DNA from: Amoebidium appalachense
Lineage: Eukaryota > Protista > Ichthyosporea
Length of the DNA: 64,000 nucleotides
Reading direction: 5' to 3'
Assembly: GCA_963693365.1 (NCBI GenBank)
Contig: CAVNZM010000009.1
Span: 452,963-516,962 of the forward strand
Below are positions 13,111-26,828 of this stretch, one piece after another. Position 1 is the first letter of the stretch; each line of letters starts with the position of its first letter. The notes under the pieces were generated by a model, which saw only the letters and a program-made list of their open reading frames with translations, was not told the DNA's origin and did not search any database. The translations under genes and the position numbers were made by a program.

Positions 13111-14582
13111 ACACCCTAATACGCCCGTATGATCCCCAGTTATCCAACTATATCGCAGCAGGGTCAAACAAATGCCAGTAACTTGAACAGTTTAATGCCT
13201 ACTTTTGGAGTTCAGATGTAAAGTAGCGTAGATACGCGGGCAAAATTTTTTTAGCTCTGAGTCCCGAGCAACTTGAAACTGAATGCCATAACGCACACAA
13301 GTTTTAGAAAGGTATGGGGGTGAAACAGCGTGCGATCCGGAGTCCCCCGACCAGAGTGGTGATGATTTTGGTTATGATGCCTGCAAGGTTAACGTTGAAG
13401 CTATTTGCATGATGATGCATGGCAGCGACGAAGATGGGAGAGTTTTAAATAACTCAGTTTCTCCATGTCAGCAGATAGGCAGAGGGTGTGCTACTACCGT
13501 GATGAGTAAGTCACAGTGTCGCATGTGTGTGTGCAGATGGGTTGTGTGGCCCACTCCGAGTCAATGACATGCGCTTCTAAACCGGCCGCTACACACAAAA
13601 AACCAACACGATGCCAAGCCTTATCGAACATCACCGAATGCCATACACCGTGACTCCGGGCCGGGCATATGGTAATGACAACCAACAGCCTGGGTAATTA
13701 CGTACATGTACAGGGTCACAAACTCGTAAGTGCACGGCAGGCTGTTCGTAGATATATGTTGAACCCCCCCCCCCCCCCCCTCTCTTTCAACGGCGCCGCC
13801 CGGGCTCCCGGGTGTCAGAATAAATAATGTGCGTAATGATATCTCACTCACTCCTTAGTTCTATTTTAGGTGTTTTTGGCCTTTGTTAGAGAGATCTGTG
13901 TAAATACGTGTGTTTCTTAGTCACTTGGCTAGCCGATCAGATTGCATCCGGCTATCTGGGCTCCGATTATGGCCACTGTAGGGCTCCCACCGTTGTTAGC
14001 TCCGATTGGCTAGCTACGCCAACCACCTAGATCCCGGGCTGGATCTGTTTACATTCTGGTGAAGTTCCCGAGAGCACCAGGACCACAAAAGAGACCACAA
14101 TTGTACTTGCCTTCGTATATAAGCAGCTACTGTCTGGACAGTAGCTCTGGGCTCGACAGTCATTAAATACGAGTGTGCCGTCATTTGTAGGTCACCCCCG
14201 ACACTTGTGATGGTCAGTGTGTGTGTGCCGTCACACACGCTTGCAGCATTCAGCACCTTTGTGGATAAGCTTGATCACCTTAGCTACGTTAGTGTTAGGT
14301 TGCAGTCACTAGCTGTCGTACTTGTGTATTGCTGCAGACACGAGACAGCGCGGGATAATAAGGGTTTGAGTGACGACTCAACAGTGTGAAGACTTTATTA
14401 ATAGTCTGGGTGCCAACCCCGTGTGTCTTAGTTTAGTGACACGATAGATAGAGGATAGCTATAGTAAGTGGAGTGCCGTCTCCAGAGGTAGTATAGTGTG
14501 AAGCGTTTTCTGACACCAGGCATATTATCCACCCAATTTGAAAAAGAAAAAAAAAGATTAAGGGCCTTCGGTGACCGTCACG

Positions 14583-14613
<31 letters not shown>

Positions 14614-14662
14614 AAAAAAAAAAAAAAAAAGGAAAGAAAAGGAAAAAAAAAAAAAAAAAAAA

Positions 14663-14695
<33 letters not shown>

Positions 14696-14837
14696 GGGGG
14701 GGAAGGCCCTTTACTAAAGATTAGTAAGAATTTCATTTGATAGATGTGAATTTGGAAATTAAAGAAAGAAGTACGAACCCGAAGGCCCGGCCACCTCCAG
14801 TTCAATGATTTCAATAAAAGACCGTTACGGTAATAAT

Positions 14838-14928
<91 letters not shown>

Positions 14929-15162
14929 TCCTTCCCCTCTCCCCCACCTCCCCAACCACAACAACACCACCACCATCCAGCCACCCACCCGCTGCACAGG
15001 CCCACCCCAGGGTGCACCGACGAAACTTTTTGGGGGGGGGGGGGGGGGGGGGTCAGGGGTGGGGGGGAGGTGGGGGGAAGCCAAAAAAAAAAACTGCCCC
15101 CTCCCTCGCTCCCTCCCCTTTCCCTCCCCCCCCCCCCCCCCCTCCCCCCCCCCCCTCCCCCC

Positions 15163-15247
<85 letters not shown>

Positions 15248-15394
15248 AAAGAATGAATGAAAAAAAAGAAATAATGAAAGACTCTGAGCCAAGAGAGAAA
15301 GAAGAGAAAGCGCTAGCAATAAAGAACATAGAAAAAAAGAATCGGATGAAAGTTTCAAATCACCTCCATTCAAGCTTCCCCCCTCCCCCTCCCC

Positions 15395-15446
<52 letters not shown>

Positions 15447-15548
15447 AAAAAACAAAAAAACAAAAAAACAAAACAAAAAAACCAAAAAAAAACCAGCACG
15501 TGTCTCACACGAAAAACTGTGAAATTACAATTACGATCGATCCCCTCA

Positions 15549-15898
15549 CCCCTCACCTTCCCTCCCCCGATTTAGTTCACATACACACACAGAGGCAGTC
15601 TAGACTCTGCTGGACACTCTATACATGCCAGAGTCAATGACTTCTTGCCCTCTCTCCCCCTCTCTCTCCCCCCCCCCCCCCCCCCCCCCCCCCCGTGCCC
15701 CCTCCAACAACAACAACAAAACAAAAAAAACAAACAAAAAAAAAAAAAAAAAAAAAAAAAGGAAGAAAAAAAAAACACCGGGCATCCCCTACCCCGACCC
15801 TTTCCGCCTCGCCCAACCATTACCGCAAACCCACCTACGGAGACACACCCACACACACTCACCCATCCACCTATACACACGCCCGCTCTGTCCTCCCC

Positions 15899-15931
<33 letters not shown>

Positions 15932-15991
15932 ACAAAAAAAAAAAAAAGGAAAAAAAGAAAAGAAAGAAAAGAAAACCACCACCACCTCCAC

Positions 15992-16024
<33 letters not shown>

Positions 16025-16044
16025 ACACACACGCCCACGCACAC

Positions 16045-16100
<56 letters not shown>

Positions 16101-16920
16101 CTACAGGGCAATGACAACCGTGCGGCCACAGAGTTCTTTGAGCGCACGTGCACCCCCAAGCTGAAGGATGCATTTGGGCCAATCATCAGGGAGGAGGTGG
16201 CTAAGAGCCACGTAAGACCCCCCTTGTCTTGAGAGTGGCTCGTTCAGTAGACATCTTTTACCATTACACAATTTAAATAGTATTATAAGCATATCTTGAC
16301 GTATTTATTATATATTATTTAATGTTCGTCGTGTTTACCATACCAATTCTTGGTTAGTATATGATAAGTATACCGCAGGATTGCGCGCAGTCGCCGAGCC
16401 AGCCGCGACCCACGAGGCCGTGCCTGGTGCGCAATTCGATGCGTTCACTTCCAATCAAGATCAATCTGACCAATATATATACTATACTACCGTAGTATAT
16501 CTTTCGGCCCTTTCATATAAGCGATATACTAAAGTATATCGATTTCGGATAACTTTTTCACGATCTTACTAGATTAGGCCGGTCGGTGATATACTTACTA
16601 TGTTCGAAACAAAATTTGCCATGGGAAAAGATGTCTAGTTTTGCTTCACAGCCTGTTTAAACAGTTACATCAGTTTGAATCCTTTTACTCAATTGGTGCT
16701 TCTTTGACACGTCTGTGGCGCCAAGCACATATACTATTCCAGTCAATATCCCTTCTTTGTTAGCACACTTAGATAGCCAGCCATAGGCACATACATGTGT
16801 CCATAAATTGTGCAGTATTGTACCTCTTATGGACATCACTTATCGTTTGTCGGCTGTTTGCAATTGTCTGCCCTCCCTTTATCCCCCCCCCCTCCCCCCC
16901 CCCCCCCCCCCCCCCCCCCC
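15549..16920 (+). pseudogene. Inverted near-identical duplicate of ~35125-36492 carrying an orphan copy of DUF4197 exon 3
   Basis: Reverse-complement identity apart from a few SNPs and homopolymer lengths. It encodes [35 protein letters not shown] (KNH in the intact gene). The ORF track shows identical peptides on opposite strands (16381-16572 + and 35476-35667 -). Confidence 0.9.
16248..16637. mobile_element. 390-bp MITE-like element, copy 1 (co-duplicated)
   Basis: Imperfect TIR TAGACATCTTTT(A/C)CCAT; flanks compatible with a TA or a 3-bp TSD; AT-rich non-coding interior. Confidence 0.65.
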
Positions 16921-17498
16921 TTGGGAGGAACACCGATTTTGACTGCTTGGTTCATAAGGAATCCGTTTTCTTTGCCGATCATCTGAACTGCTGTTTGGAT
17001 ACCAATCTGCGTGGAAAAGGGGAAATGGTTGGGTTGTAAGAGAGTGCCGTGTGTGTTTTTGGTGTGATCACTGGCGTGTGCTTTGAAATTGTGTACGTGT
17101 GTGTTGGTGCGACAGGTGTGGTGAGATAGAGGTGTACATGTGTGTAAACGATTTTTGTATTGGTTGCAGACTGCATTTCAGGTTTCAGGGCAAGGTGTGT
17201 GGGGGAAGTGCCAGGGTGGGTGGGTGGAGTGATGGTGTGTCTGTGTGTGCGAGAGCAACTGAGCATATGCGATGGATATGAAGTATGTATACAAGGGCTT
17301 TTGTGTATCTGTCATGTGTGTTGGGTGTGTGAATGAGTGATATGCGGGTGTGTGGGTGTGTGCACGCAAGTGTGTGGTGCGCACGCTCTCTCCCTCTCTC
17401 CCTCCCTCACTTCCTCCCTCCCTCCCTCCATCCCTCCCTCCCTCCCTCCCTCCCCCCCCTCCCTCCCCCTCCCTCCCTCCCCCCTACCTCCCTCCCTC

Positions 17499-17547
<49 letters not shown>

Positions 17548-17548
17548 A

Positions 17549-17610
<62 letters not shown>
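16921..17610 (-). pseudogene. Direct duplicate of ~37023-37707 (5' third of DUF4197 exon 2 plus adjacent intron 1)
   Basis: Sequence starting TTGGGAGGAACACCGATTTTGAC matches 37023 onward almost exactly and ends in the (GT)n tract where the 47-bp satellite starts. Confidence 0.9.
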
Positions 17611-17611
17611 T

Positions 17612-20600
17612 GGGGAGGGGGGATATAAAAGGAAAAGGGGTGGGTGGGTGGGTGGGAAGGGGAGGGGGATATAAAAGGAAAAGGGGTGGGTGGGTGGGTG
17701 GGAAGGGGAGGGGGGATATAAAAGGAAAAGGGGTGGGTGGGTGGGTGGGAAGGGGAGGGGGGATATAAAAGGAAAAGGGGTGGGTGGGTGGGTGGGAAGG
17801 GGAGGGGGGATATAAAAGGAAAAGGGGTGGGTGGGTGGGTGGGAAGGGGAGGGGGGATATAAAAGGAAAACGGGTGGGTGGGTGGGTGGGAAGGGGAGGG
17901 GGGATATAAAAGGAAAAGGGGTGGGCGGGTGGGTGGGAAGGGGAGGGGGGATATAAAAGGAAAATGGGTGGGTGGGTGGGTGGGAAGGGGAGGGGGGATA
18001 TAAAAGGAAAAGGGGTGGGTGGGTGGGTGGGAAGGGGAGGGGGGATATAAAAGGAAAATGGGTGGGTGGGTGGGTGGGAAGGGGAGGGGGGATATAAAAG
18101 GAAAAGGGGTGGGTGGGTGGGTGGGAAGGGGAGGGGGGATATAAAAGGAAAAGGGGTGGGTGGGTGGGTGGGAAGGGGAGGGGGGATATAAAAGGAAAAG
18201 GGGTGGGTGGGTGGGTGGGAAGGGGAGGGGGGATATAAAAGGAAAAGGGGTGGGTGGGTGGGTGGGAAGGGGAGGGGGGATATAAAAGGAAAATGGGTGG
18301 GTGGGTGGGTGGGAAGGGGAGGGGGGATATAAAAGGAAAATGGGTGGGTGGGTGGGTGGGAAGGGGAGGGGGGATATAAAAGGAAAAGGGGTGGGTGGGT
18401 GGGTGGGAAGGGGAGGGGGGATATAAAAGGAAAATGGGTGGGTGGGTGGGTGGGAAGGGGAGTGGGGATATAAAAGGAAAAGGGGTGGGTGGGTGGGTGG
18501 GAAGGGGAGGGGGGATATAAAAGGAAAAGGGGTGGGTGGGTGGGTGGGAAGGGGAGGGGGGATATAAAAGGAAAAGGGGTGGGTGGGTGGGTGGGAAGGG
18601 GAGGGGGGATATAAAAGGAAAATGGGTGGGTGGGTGGGTGGGAAGGGGAGGGGGGATATAAAAGGAAAATGGGTGGGTGGGTGGGAAGGGGAGGGGGGAT
18701 ATAAAAGGAAAATGGGTGGGTGGGTGGGTGGGAAGGGGAGGGGGGATATAAAAGGAAAATGGGTGGGTGGGTGGGAAGGGGAGGGGGGATATAAAAGGAA
18801 AAGGGGTGGGTGGGTGGGTGGGAAGGGGAGGGGGGATATAAAAGGAAAAGGGGTGGGTGGGTGGGTGGGAAGGGGAGGGGGGATATAAAAGGAAAAGGGG
18901 TGGGTGGGTGGGTGGGAAGGGGAGGGGGATATAAAAGGAAAAGGGGTGGGTGGGTGGGTGGGAAGGGGAGGGGGGATATAAAAGGAAAATGGGTGGGTGG
19001 GTGGGTGGGAAGGGGAGGGGGGATATAAAAGGAAAATGGGTGGGTGGGTGGGTGGGAAGGGGAGGGGGGATATAAAAGGAAAAGGGGTGGGTGGGTGGGT
19101 GGGAAGGGGAGGGGGGATATAAAAGGAAAATGGGTGGGTGGGTGGGTGGGAAGGGGAGTGGGGATATAAAAGGAAAAGGGGTGGGTGGGTGGGTGGGAAG
19201 GGGAGGGGGGATATAAAAGGAAAAGGGGTGGGTGGGTGGGTGGGAAGGGGAGGGGGGATATAAAAGGAAAAGGGGTGGGTGGGTGGGTGGGAAGGGGAGG
19301 GGGGATATAAAAGGAAAAGGGGTGGGTGGGTGGGTGGGAAGGGGAGGGGGGATATAAAAGGAAAATGGGTGGGTGGGTGGGTGGGAAGGGGAGGGGGGAT
19401 ATAAAAGGAAAATGGGTGGGTGGGTGGGAAGGGGAGGGGGGATATAAAAGGAAAATGGGTGGGTGGGTGGGTGGGAAGGGGAGGGGGGATATAAAAGGAA
19501 AATGGGTGGGTGGGTGGGTGGGAAGGGGAGGGGGGATATAAAAGGAAAATGGGTGGGTGGGTGGGAAGGGGAGGGGGGATATAAAAGGAAAATGGGTGGG
19601 TGGGTGGGTGGGAAGGGGAGGGGGGATATAAAAGGAAAATGGGTGGGTGGGTGGGTGGGAAGGGGAGGGGGGATATAAAAGGAAAAGGGGTGGGTGGGTG
19701 GGTGGGAAGGGGAGGGGGATATAAAAGGAAAAGGGGTGGGTGGGTGGGTGGGAAGGGGAGGGGGGATATAAAAGGAAAAGGGGTGGGTGGGTGGGTGGGA
19801 AGGGGAGGGGGGATATAAAAGGAAAAGGGGTGGGTGGGTGGGTGGGAAGGGGAGGGGGGATATAAAAGGAAAAGGGGTGGGTGGGTGGGTGGGAAGGGGA
19901 GGGGGGATATAAAAGGAAAAGGGGTGGGTGGGTGGGTGGGAAGGGGAGGGGGATATAAAAGGAAAATGGGTGGGTGGGTGGGTGGGAAGGGGAGGGGGGA
20001 TATAAAAGGAAAATGGGTGGGTGGGTGGGAAGGGGAGGGGGGATATAAAAGGAAAATGGGTGGGTGGGTGGGTGGGAAGGGGAGGGGGGATATAAAAGGA
20101 AAATGGGTGGGTGGGTGGGTGGGAAGGGGAGGGGGGATATAAAAGGAAAAGGGGTGGGTGGGTGGGTGGGAAGGGGAGGGGGGATATAAAAGGAAAAGGG
20201 GTGGGTGGGTGGGTGGGAAGGGGAGGGGGGATATAAAAGGAAAAGGGGTGGGTGGGTGGGTGGGAAGGGGAGGGGGGATATAAAAGGAAAAGGGGTGGGT
20301 GGGTGGGTGGGAAGGGGAGGGGGGATATAAAAGGAAAAGGGGTGGGTGGGTGGGTGGGAAGGGGAGGGGGGATATAAAAGGAAAAGGGGTGGGTGGGTGG
20401 GTGGGAAGGGGAGGGGGGATATAAAAGGAAAAGGGGTGGGTGGGTGGGTGGGAAGGGGAGGGGGGATATAAAAGGAAAAGGGGTGGGTGGGTGGGTGGGA
20501 AGGGGAGGGGGGATATAAAAGGAAAAGGGGTGGGTGGGTGGGTGGGAAGGGGAGGGGGGATATAAAAGGAAAATGGGTGGGTGGGTGGGTGGGAAGGGGA

Positions 20601-21676
20601 GGGGGGATATAAAAGGAAAATGGGTGGGTGGGTGGGAAGGGGAGGGGGGATATAAAAGGAAACAGGGTGGGTGGGTGGGTGGGAAGGGGAGGGGGGATAT
20701 AAAAGGAAAATGGGTGGGTGGGTGGGTGGGAAGGGGAGGGGGGATATAAAAGGAAAAGGGGTGGGTGGGTGGGTGGGAAGGGGAGGGGGGATATAAAAGG
20801 AAAAGGGGTGGGTGGGTGGGTGGGAAGGGGAGGGGGGATATAAAAGGAAAAGGGGTGGGTGGGTGGGTGGGAAGGGGAGGGGGGGATATAAAAGGAAAAG
20901 GGGTGGGTGGGTGGGTGGGAAGGGGAGGGGGGATATAAAAGGAAAATGGGTGGGTGGGTGGGTGGGAAGGGGAGGGGGGATATAAAAGGAAAATGGGTGG
21001 GTGGGTGGGAAGGGGAGGGGGGATATAAAAGGAAAAGGGGTGGGTGGGTGGGTGGGAAGGGGAGGGGGGATATAAAAGGAAAAGGGGTGGGTGGGTGGGT
21101 GGGAAGGGGAGGGGGGATATAAAAGGAAAAGGGGTGGGTGGGTGGGTGGGAAGGGGAGGGGGGATATAAAAGGAAAAGGGGTGGGTGGGTGGGTGGGAAG
21201 GGGAGGGGGGATATAAAAGGAAAAGGGGTGGGTGGGTGGGTGGGAAGGGGAGGGGGGATATAAAAGGAAAATGGGTGGGTGGGTGGGAAGGGGAGGGGGG
21301 ATATAAAAGGAAAATGGGTGGGTGGGTGGGTGGGAAGGGGAGGGGGGATATAAAAGGAAAATGGGTGGGTGGGTGGGTGGGAAGGGGAGGGGGGATATAA
21401 AAGGAAAAGGGGTGGGTGGGTGGGTGGGAAGGGGAGGGGGGATATAAAAGGAAAAGGGGTGGGTGGGTGGGTGGGAAGGGGAGGGGGGATATAAAAGGAA
21501 AAGGGGTGGGTGGGTGGGTGGGAAGGGGAGGGGGGATATAAAAGGAAAAGGGGTGGGTGGGTGGGTGGGAAGGGGAGGGGGGATATAAAAGGAAAAGGGG
21601 TGGGTGGGTGGGTGGGAAGGGGAGGGGGGATATAAAAGGAAAAGGGGTGGGTGGGTGGGTGGGAAGGGGAGGGGGG
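17612..21676. repeat. Purine-rich 47-bp tandem satellite (~87 units): ATATAAAAGGAAAA-(G/T)GGGT(GGGT)3-GGGAAGGGGA-GGGGGG, with 43-bp variants
   Basis: Period measured directly (18141 to 18188). Almost no C on the + strand. It accounts for the 1440/1463-aa pseudo-ORFs. Confidence 0.97.
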
Positions 21677-21728
21677 AGGTTGGGGGGGGGGAGGAATGGG
21701 CATTTCAGTTCAGGTGAATTCAGTGGCA

Positions 21729-21766
<38 letters not shown>

Positions 21767-21860
21767 TTAGAAAATATTTAATGAAGTCGCATGCCTGTTC
21801 CTTGTAAAAACAAATAAAACTCATAAATAAAAATGATGCAAGCTCTTTAGCTAATTCCAG

Positions 21861-21899
<39 letters not shown>

Positions 21900-22054
21900 T
21901 TCCCCCTCCCCCTCACCTTCCCCCGTCCTCCCCTCGAGCCTCCCCCCCTTCCCCCCAAGGGGATTCCTCATTTTGAAACTTGGGAAGGGGGTAGTAGCAT
22001 CCTTTTTTTTTTTTTTTTTTTTTGTTGGGGAGGGTGGGGGGGAGGGGGGGGGGG

Positions 22055-22112
<58 letters not shown>

Positions 22113-24538
22113 CACCCACCCGCACAGGCTGCACGCCATCATCGGACTAATCCATAGTACACAAGACAGCCTGACACTACGATTTTGCTGCGGTTTATAC
22201 ACATACAAGTTCCCGAAACATAAACCGTTGAAGGTTACTGCTCAGACTTTTTGCATTTGATCACCTGAAACTCAGGCTAAACCGTACGATCATCATACTA
22301 ATAGAACCCCCCCCCCCCCCCCCCCCCTCCCCACCCCTCCGAGCCCCCCCCTCCCCCCCTCCCCCCCCCCCCCCCCCCCCCCCTCCCTCCCTCTCGCCTA
22401 GGCGGGCCTGCATAGGACTCGTCACCAGTGACTGTCTCCTCATCAGGTGCACACACTTAAACACGTATGTTGTTAATTCACACGTACCTTCCAACATATG
22501 TGCCATATACTCACACAAGATGCCCAAACCAGCCACGCGCACAACACAGGAACATGCAGATATGCTCACCCACACCACACACACATGGCATTCCCCGCCA
22601 CATAGGCACGCACATGAACACTGCAATGTGTGCACGTGCAAATATTCATTGTTTAGTAATATTTGGCCGTAACATGCAATACAGCCTTTGGTGGGCGGAA
22701 AAAGATATGTTTTGCCATCACCCGCACGCGCGGGGGGGAAGGGGGGAGAGAGAGGGGGAGGAGGAGGAGGGAGGGGGGGGGGGGGGAAGGGGGAGCTCAC
22801 CTCCCCTCCGGTTCGGGCCAGGTGTGGGAGGTAGGTCTATACGAAGGAAGCCCTAGGTATAGGGAGATCGGATGATAACCGGCTAAAAAAATACAATAAT
22901 TGATAATAATTTACAAAACTAAAAAACATAAACCCAATAACCATAACCCTATGTGTGTCTGGGCCCTAAATGGGGGGGCGGCAACCCCCCGCTAAAGGGG
23001 CTGACGGCCCCAGCTTTATGTCGCTTGGGGATCGAATCGTTCTCCCCTGATTTTACGTCATCGGATCGTGTTTTGTCCAATCAGGTGCGCGGGGACTTCC
23101 GGCGTATGGACTTAGGTGCAGGTGTGGCCCCCTGTTCCCAGAGGAGGGGGGGAGGGGGGGGGGGGGGGGAGGGCCACAAACCCTTGCTTCTACCTTTTGG
23201 TGTGTGTGTGGGGAGGGGGGGGGGGGGGGGAGGGGCGGGAGGAGGGGGGAGGGGAAGGGGTGGGGGAGAGGGGAGGGAGAAGAGGGGTACCACCAGGGGG
23301 AACGTCGATAATTTAATATATACTAAGCCCCTCCCCCCCCCCCCCCCCCCCCCCCCCTGCCCCTTTTCAAATTCAAAAATTCCCCCCTACCCCTTCGCCC
23401 CCTCAAAAAACATTTCATTTTGTTCAAGTTGCTTGTTTGTTTTGGGGTGCGTAGATGGACTATCGGAGATGGGCATGGGCATGTGTGTGTGTGTGTGCGT
23501 GCGTCGGTGGGTGGGGTGAGTGGTGATGGTGGTGGGGGGTGGGTGGGGGGGAGGGGACAACACCAGGCATGCATGCTTCAGATAATACAGATTCAATCTC
23601 ATCAAACAGCTTTAAGTGTGAAAGTCCCATCCCCCCCCCCCTCCCACACACACCCACCCACCATGACACGCACACACATAAAGACGATCATCCACCCACC
23701 CACCCATTTTTTTACAGGGAGGACCGGGTTGGTTTCTGTGCTGCTTTCATGATCAATATCCTAACCAAAAGCTTAGCTGCCACGGAGAGCCGAACCTCTA
23801 AGTGGCTGCAGTGTGGGGTTCATGCCGGAGTAGGGTCAGCAATGATCTTACAACATATGCATATAAACAAATGTGAGGAGAAGTTAACGGACCCGGGAAC
23901 CATGTATCAAGTCACACAAACATCCATCTCAAAATCTGCTTGGGGTATCCGATATGCGATATCGTAATACAGTGTGTGCCAACGGTTTTGGGTGAATCGC
24001 CTCAAGGGTTCATGAGTGGGTTGGTGGAGGGGTGCGTAGAAAGAGGGTGGTGGGGGTGGATATGTCTGCGTATTTCAACCCCGCCTCCCCTGCCAGTCCT
24101 TCTAACTGCGCAATACTCCATGCAACTGTTACATGAAAGATCTGAATCCATGGGCACATCCTCCAACTAAAAAATGAAAGGGAAATAGAAAGAAAGAGAA
24201 GAACAGAAAGAAACAGGAGAAAACATGCGGGTGCATGTAAGCGTGAACTAGATCTATAACTATAAAGGGTGTAAGTAACTCGGGAGGGAGTCAGAAAACA
24301 CTTTCATTTTTTAGTTGATGCAATTTTTTTTGTATTTGATGGCACGTCATTGGGGCAAACTACAAAACAGAACAGGGTGTGGGCGGCTGGGGGGGGGGAG
24401 AAGAGGCACGACCATACGTTATCCACCCATTACTACATGTGCAGGATGTGGATACTGGCTTGTGATGTAACAATCAACTATATATATGTGCAACAAAAAA
24501 GCCAAGGTGCATGAACAACAGTCTTTGGTGTGGGGGGT

Positions 24539-24554
24539 GGTGTTTATAAACACC
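24539..24554 (-). other. Histone 3' stem-loop of H2B (GGTGTT-TATA-AACACC) followed by ACC and a CAAAG element
   Basis: 6-bp stem, 4-nt loop, ~30 nt past the stop; CAAAG at 24523-24527 (-). Confidence 0.85.
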
Positions 24555-24585
24555 AGTTTTTTGCAGCAGCAGGGGAAGCACACGT

Positions 24586-24963
24586 TTACTTGTTGGAGGT
24601 GTACTTGGTGACGGCCTTGGTGCCCTCAGACACGGCATGCTTGGCAAGCTCACCGGGGAGGAGCAGGCGCACAGCAGTCTGGATCTCGCGGGAGGAGATG
24701 GTGGACTTCTTGTTGTAGAGGGCAAGCTTGGAGGCCTCACCAGCAACACGCTCGAAGATGTCGTTCACGAACGAGTTCATGATAGACATGGCCTTGGAGG
24801 AAATACCGGTGTCGGGGTGCACCTGCTTGAGCACCTTGTAGATGTACACGCTGTAGCTCTCCTTTCTCTTCTTCTTCTTCTTCTTGTCGCCCTTCTTGGC
24901 CGCAGCGGCAGCGCCGCCCTCGCCGGCTTTCTTCTCGGCTTTCTTTCCACCCTTGGGAGGCAT
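24586..24963 (-). CDS. H2B: Histone H2B (intronless, 125 aa)
   Basis: [60 protein letters not shown]; ATG at 24963. Confidence 0.99.
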   Translation of the reverse strand: MPPKGGKKAEKKAGEGGAAAAAKKGDKKKKKKRKESYSVYIYKVLKQVHPDTGISSKAMSIMNSFVNDIFERVAGEASKLALYNKKSTISSREIQTAVRLLLPGELAKHAVSEGTKAVTKYTSNK

Positions 24964-25653
<690 letters not shown>

Positions 25654-25681
25654 GTGCCCGGCCTGACGCCCACAACAAAAA

Positions 25682-25697
25682 GGTGTTTTTAAACACC
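25682..25697 (+). other. Histone 3' stem-loop of H3 (GGTGTT-TTTA-AACACC)
   Basis: Preceded by an A run, followed by ACC and CAAAG at 25706-25710. Confidence 0.88.
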
Positions 25698-26301
25698 ACC
25701 CTTATCAAAGCTTTTTATCATGCAACAATATCTCCCCCCCTCCCCGTGCGCCCCGTCCCCTCCCCTGCTATCACTTGCACCTCTTTGCGCACAACTGAGC
25801 TGCTTCCTTTTACCTTCACGTTCCGTCATATAAGCCTGGCATCTTCCTACCCTATGTCCACAACTTTATGGGAAAAAGGAGAGCGTCCGTTTACCTCCAA
25901 CCTATGCCCTAACTACAACTATTGTACAATTCTGAATAGATCCTTTTCATCTCCACCCTTTGCTGCATGTTGCATGTTTAAACCGCCCAAAGGATATAGC
26001 TTTTGGAAGGCTACGAAGGTTTTCCGGGTTTAAGTTAGGACCCATTTCCTTTATTTCTTCAAGGTACATGCTCTTTCAAGAATGCGTCCAGCCCCCCCTT
26101 CCCCCCACGTCCACGTACAGATCAAGCAATTGCAATGTTTACCGTAGCTCCCACCCACCTCTCAGATGCTGGATCACTTCCCATATTGACATGCAATTGT
26201 TCCTTGACGCCCTTTGTTCCCTCATGCAATGAAAGTGCTGTTGCTATATTTCTGCTGTACCAAGGCACATTCTGCACATTTGCGTACAAAGGATGCGTTT
26301 T

Positions 26302-26352
<51 letters not shown>

Positions 26353-26791
26353 CCTCCATACTCACCTACCACATGTACAACTCCCGGCCCAATGCATCCC
26401 CTGCCACCAACCGGTTAGAGCATCAAACTACCAAAAGAATAAAAAAGCACAACTTGAATAAATATAATGGATTGCAGTTTGGTAGAAAGTACCTTTGACC
26501 CCTTCTCCCCCCTCCCCGCCCCCCCCCCCCCCCCCCCCCTCCCAACAACAATCGCCACAAATATACCCCCCTCCCCCCCCCCCCCCCCCCCCTCACCCCC
26601 TCCCCCCTCACACCACACACAAAAAACCCTCCTAACTTGCTTTCGCCTCCAACCCTTATGTATGGCATCATCTCCCAATGCTGCGCATCTCCCCCGCACA
26701 CCCGAGCCCCGGCAACCTTGCTGTCCTCTTACCCACACACACACACTACCTCGCACGTGCGGGCTATCGCACACACATACTCACACGCGCG

Positions 26792-26828
<37 letters not shown>

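Noticed and set aside
14014-14300. Ubiquitin-like peptides on the - strand (IKLIHKG; LMTVEPRATVQTVAAYIRRQ)
   Set aside because: They are in different frames and I could not build a consistent spliced gene; the similarity is too short to call.
17312-21729. 1463-aa and 1440-aa Pro-rich ORFs
   Set aside because: Stop-free by-product of the 47-bp satellite; open in several frames with no protein-like complexity.
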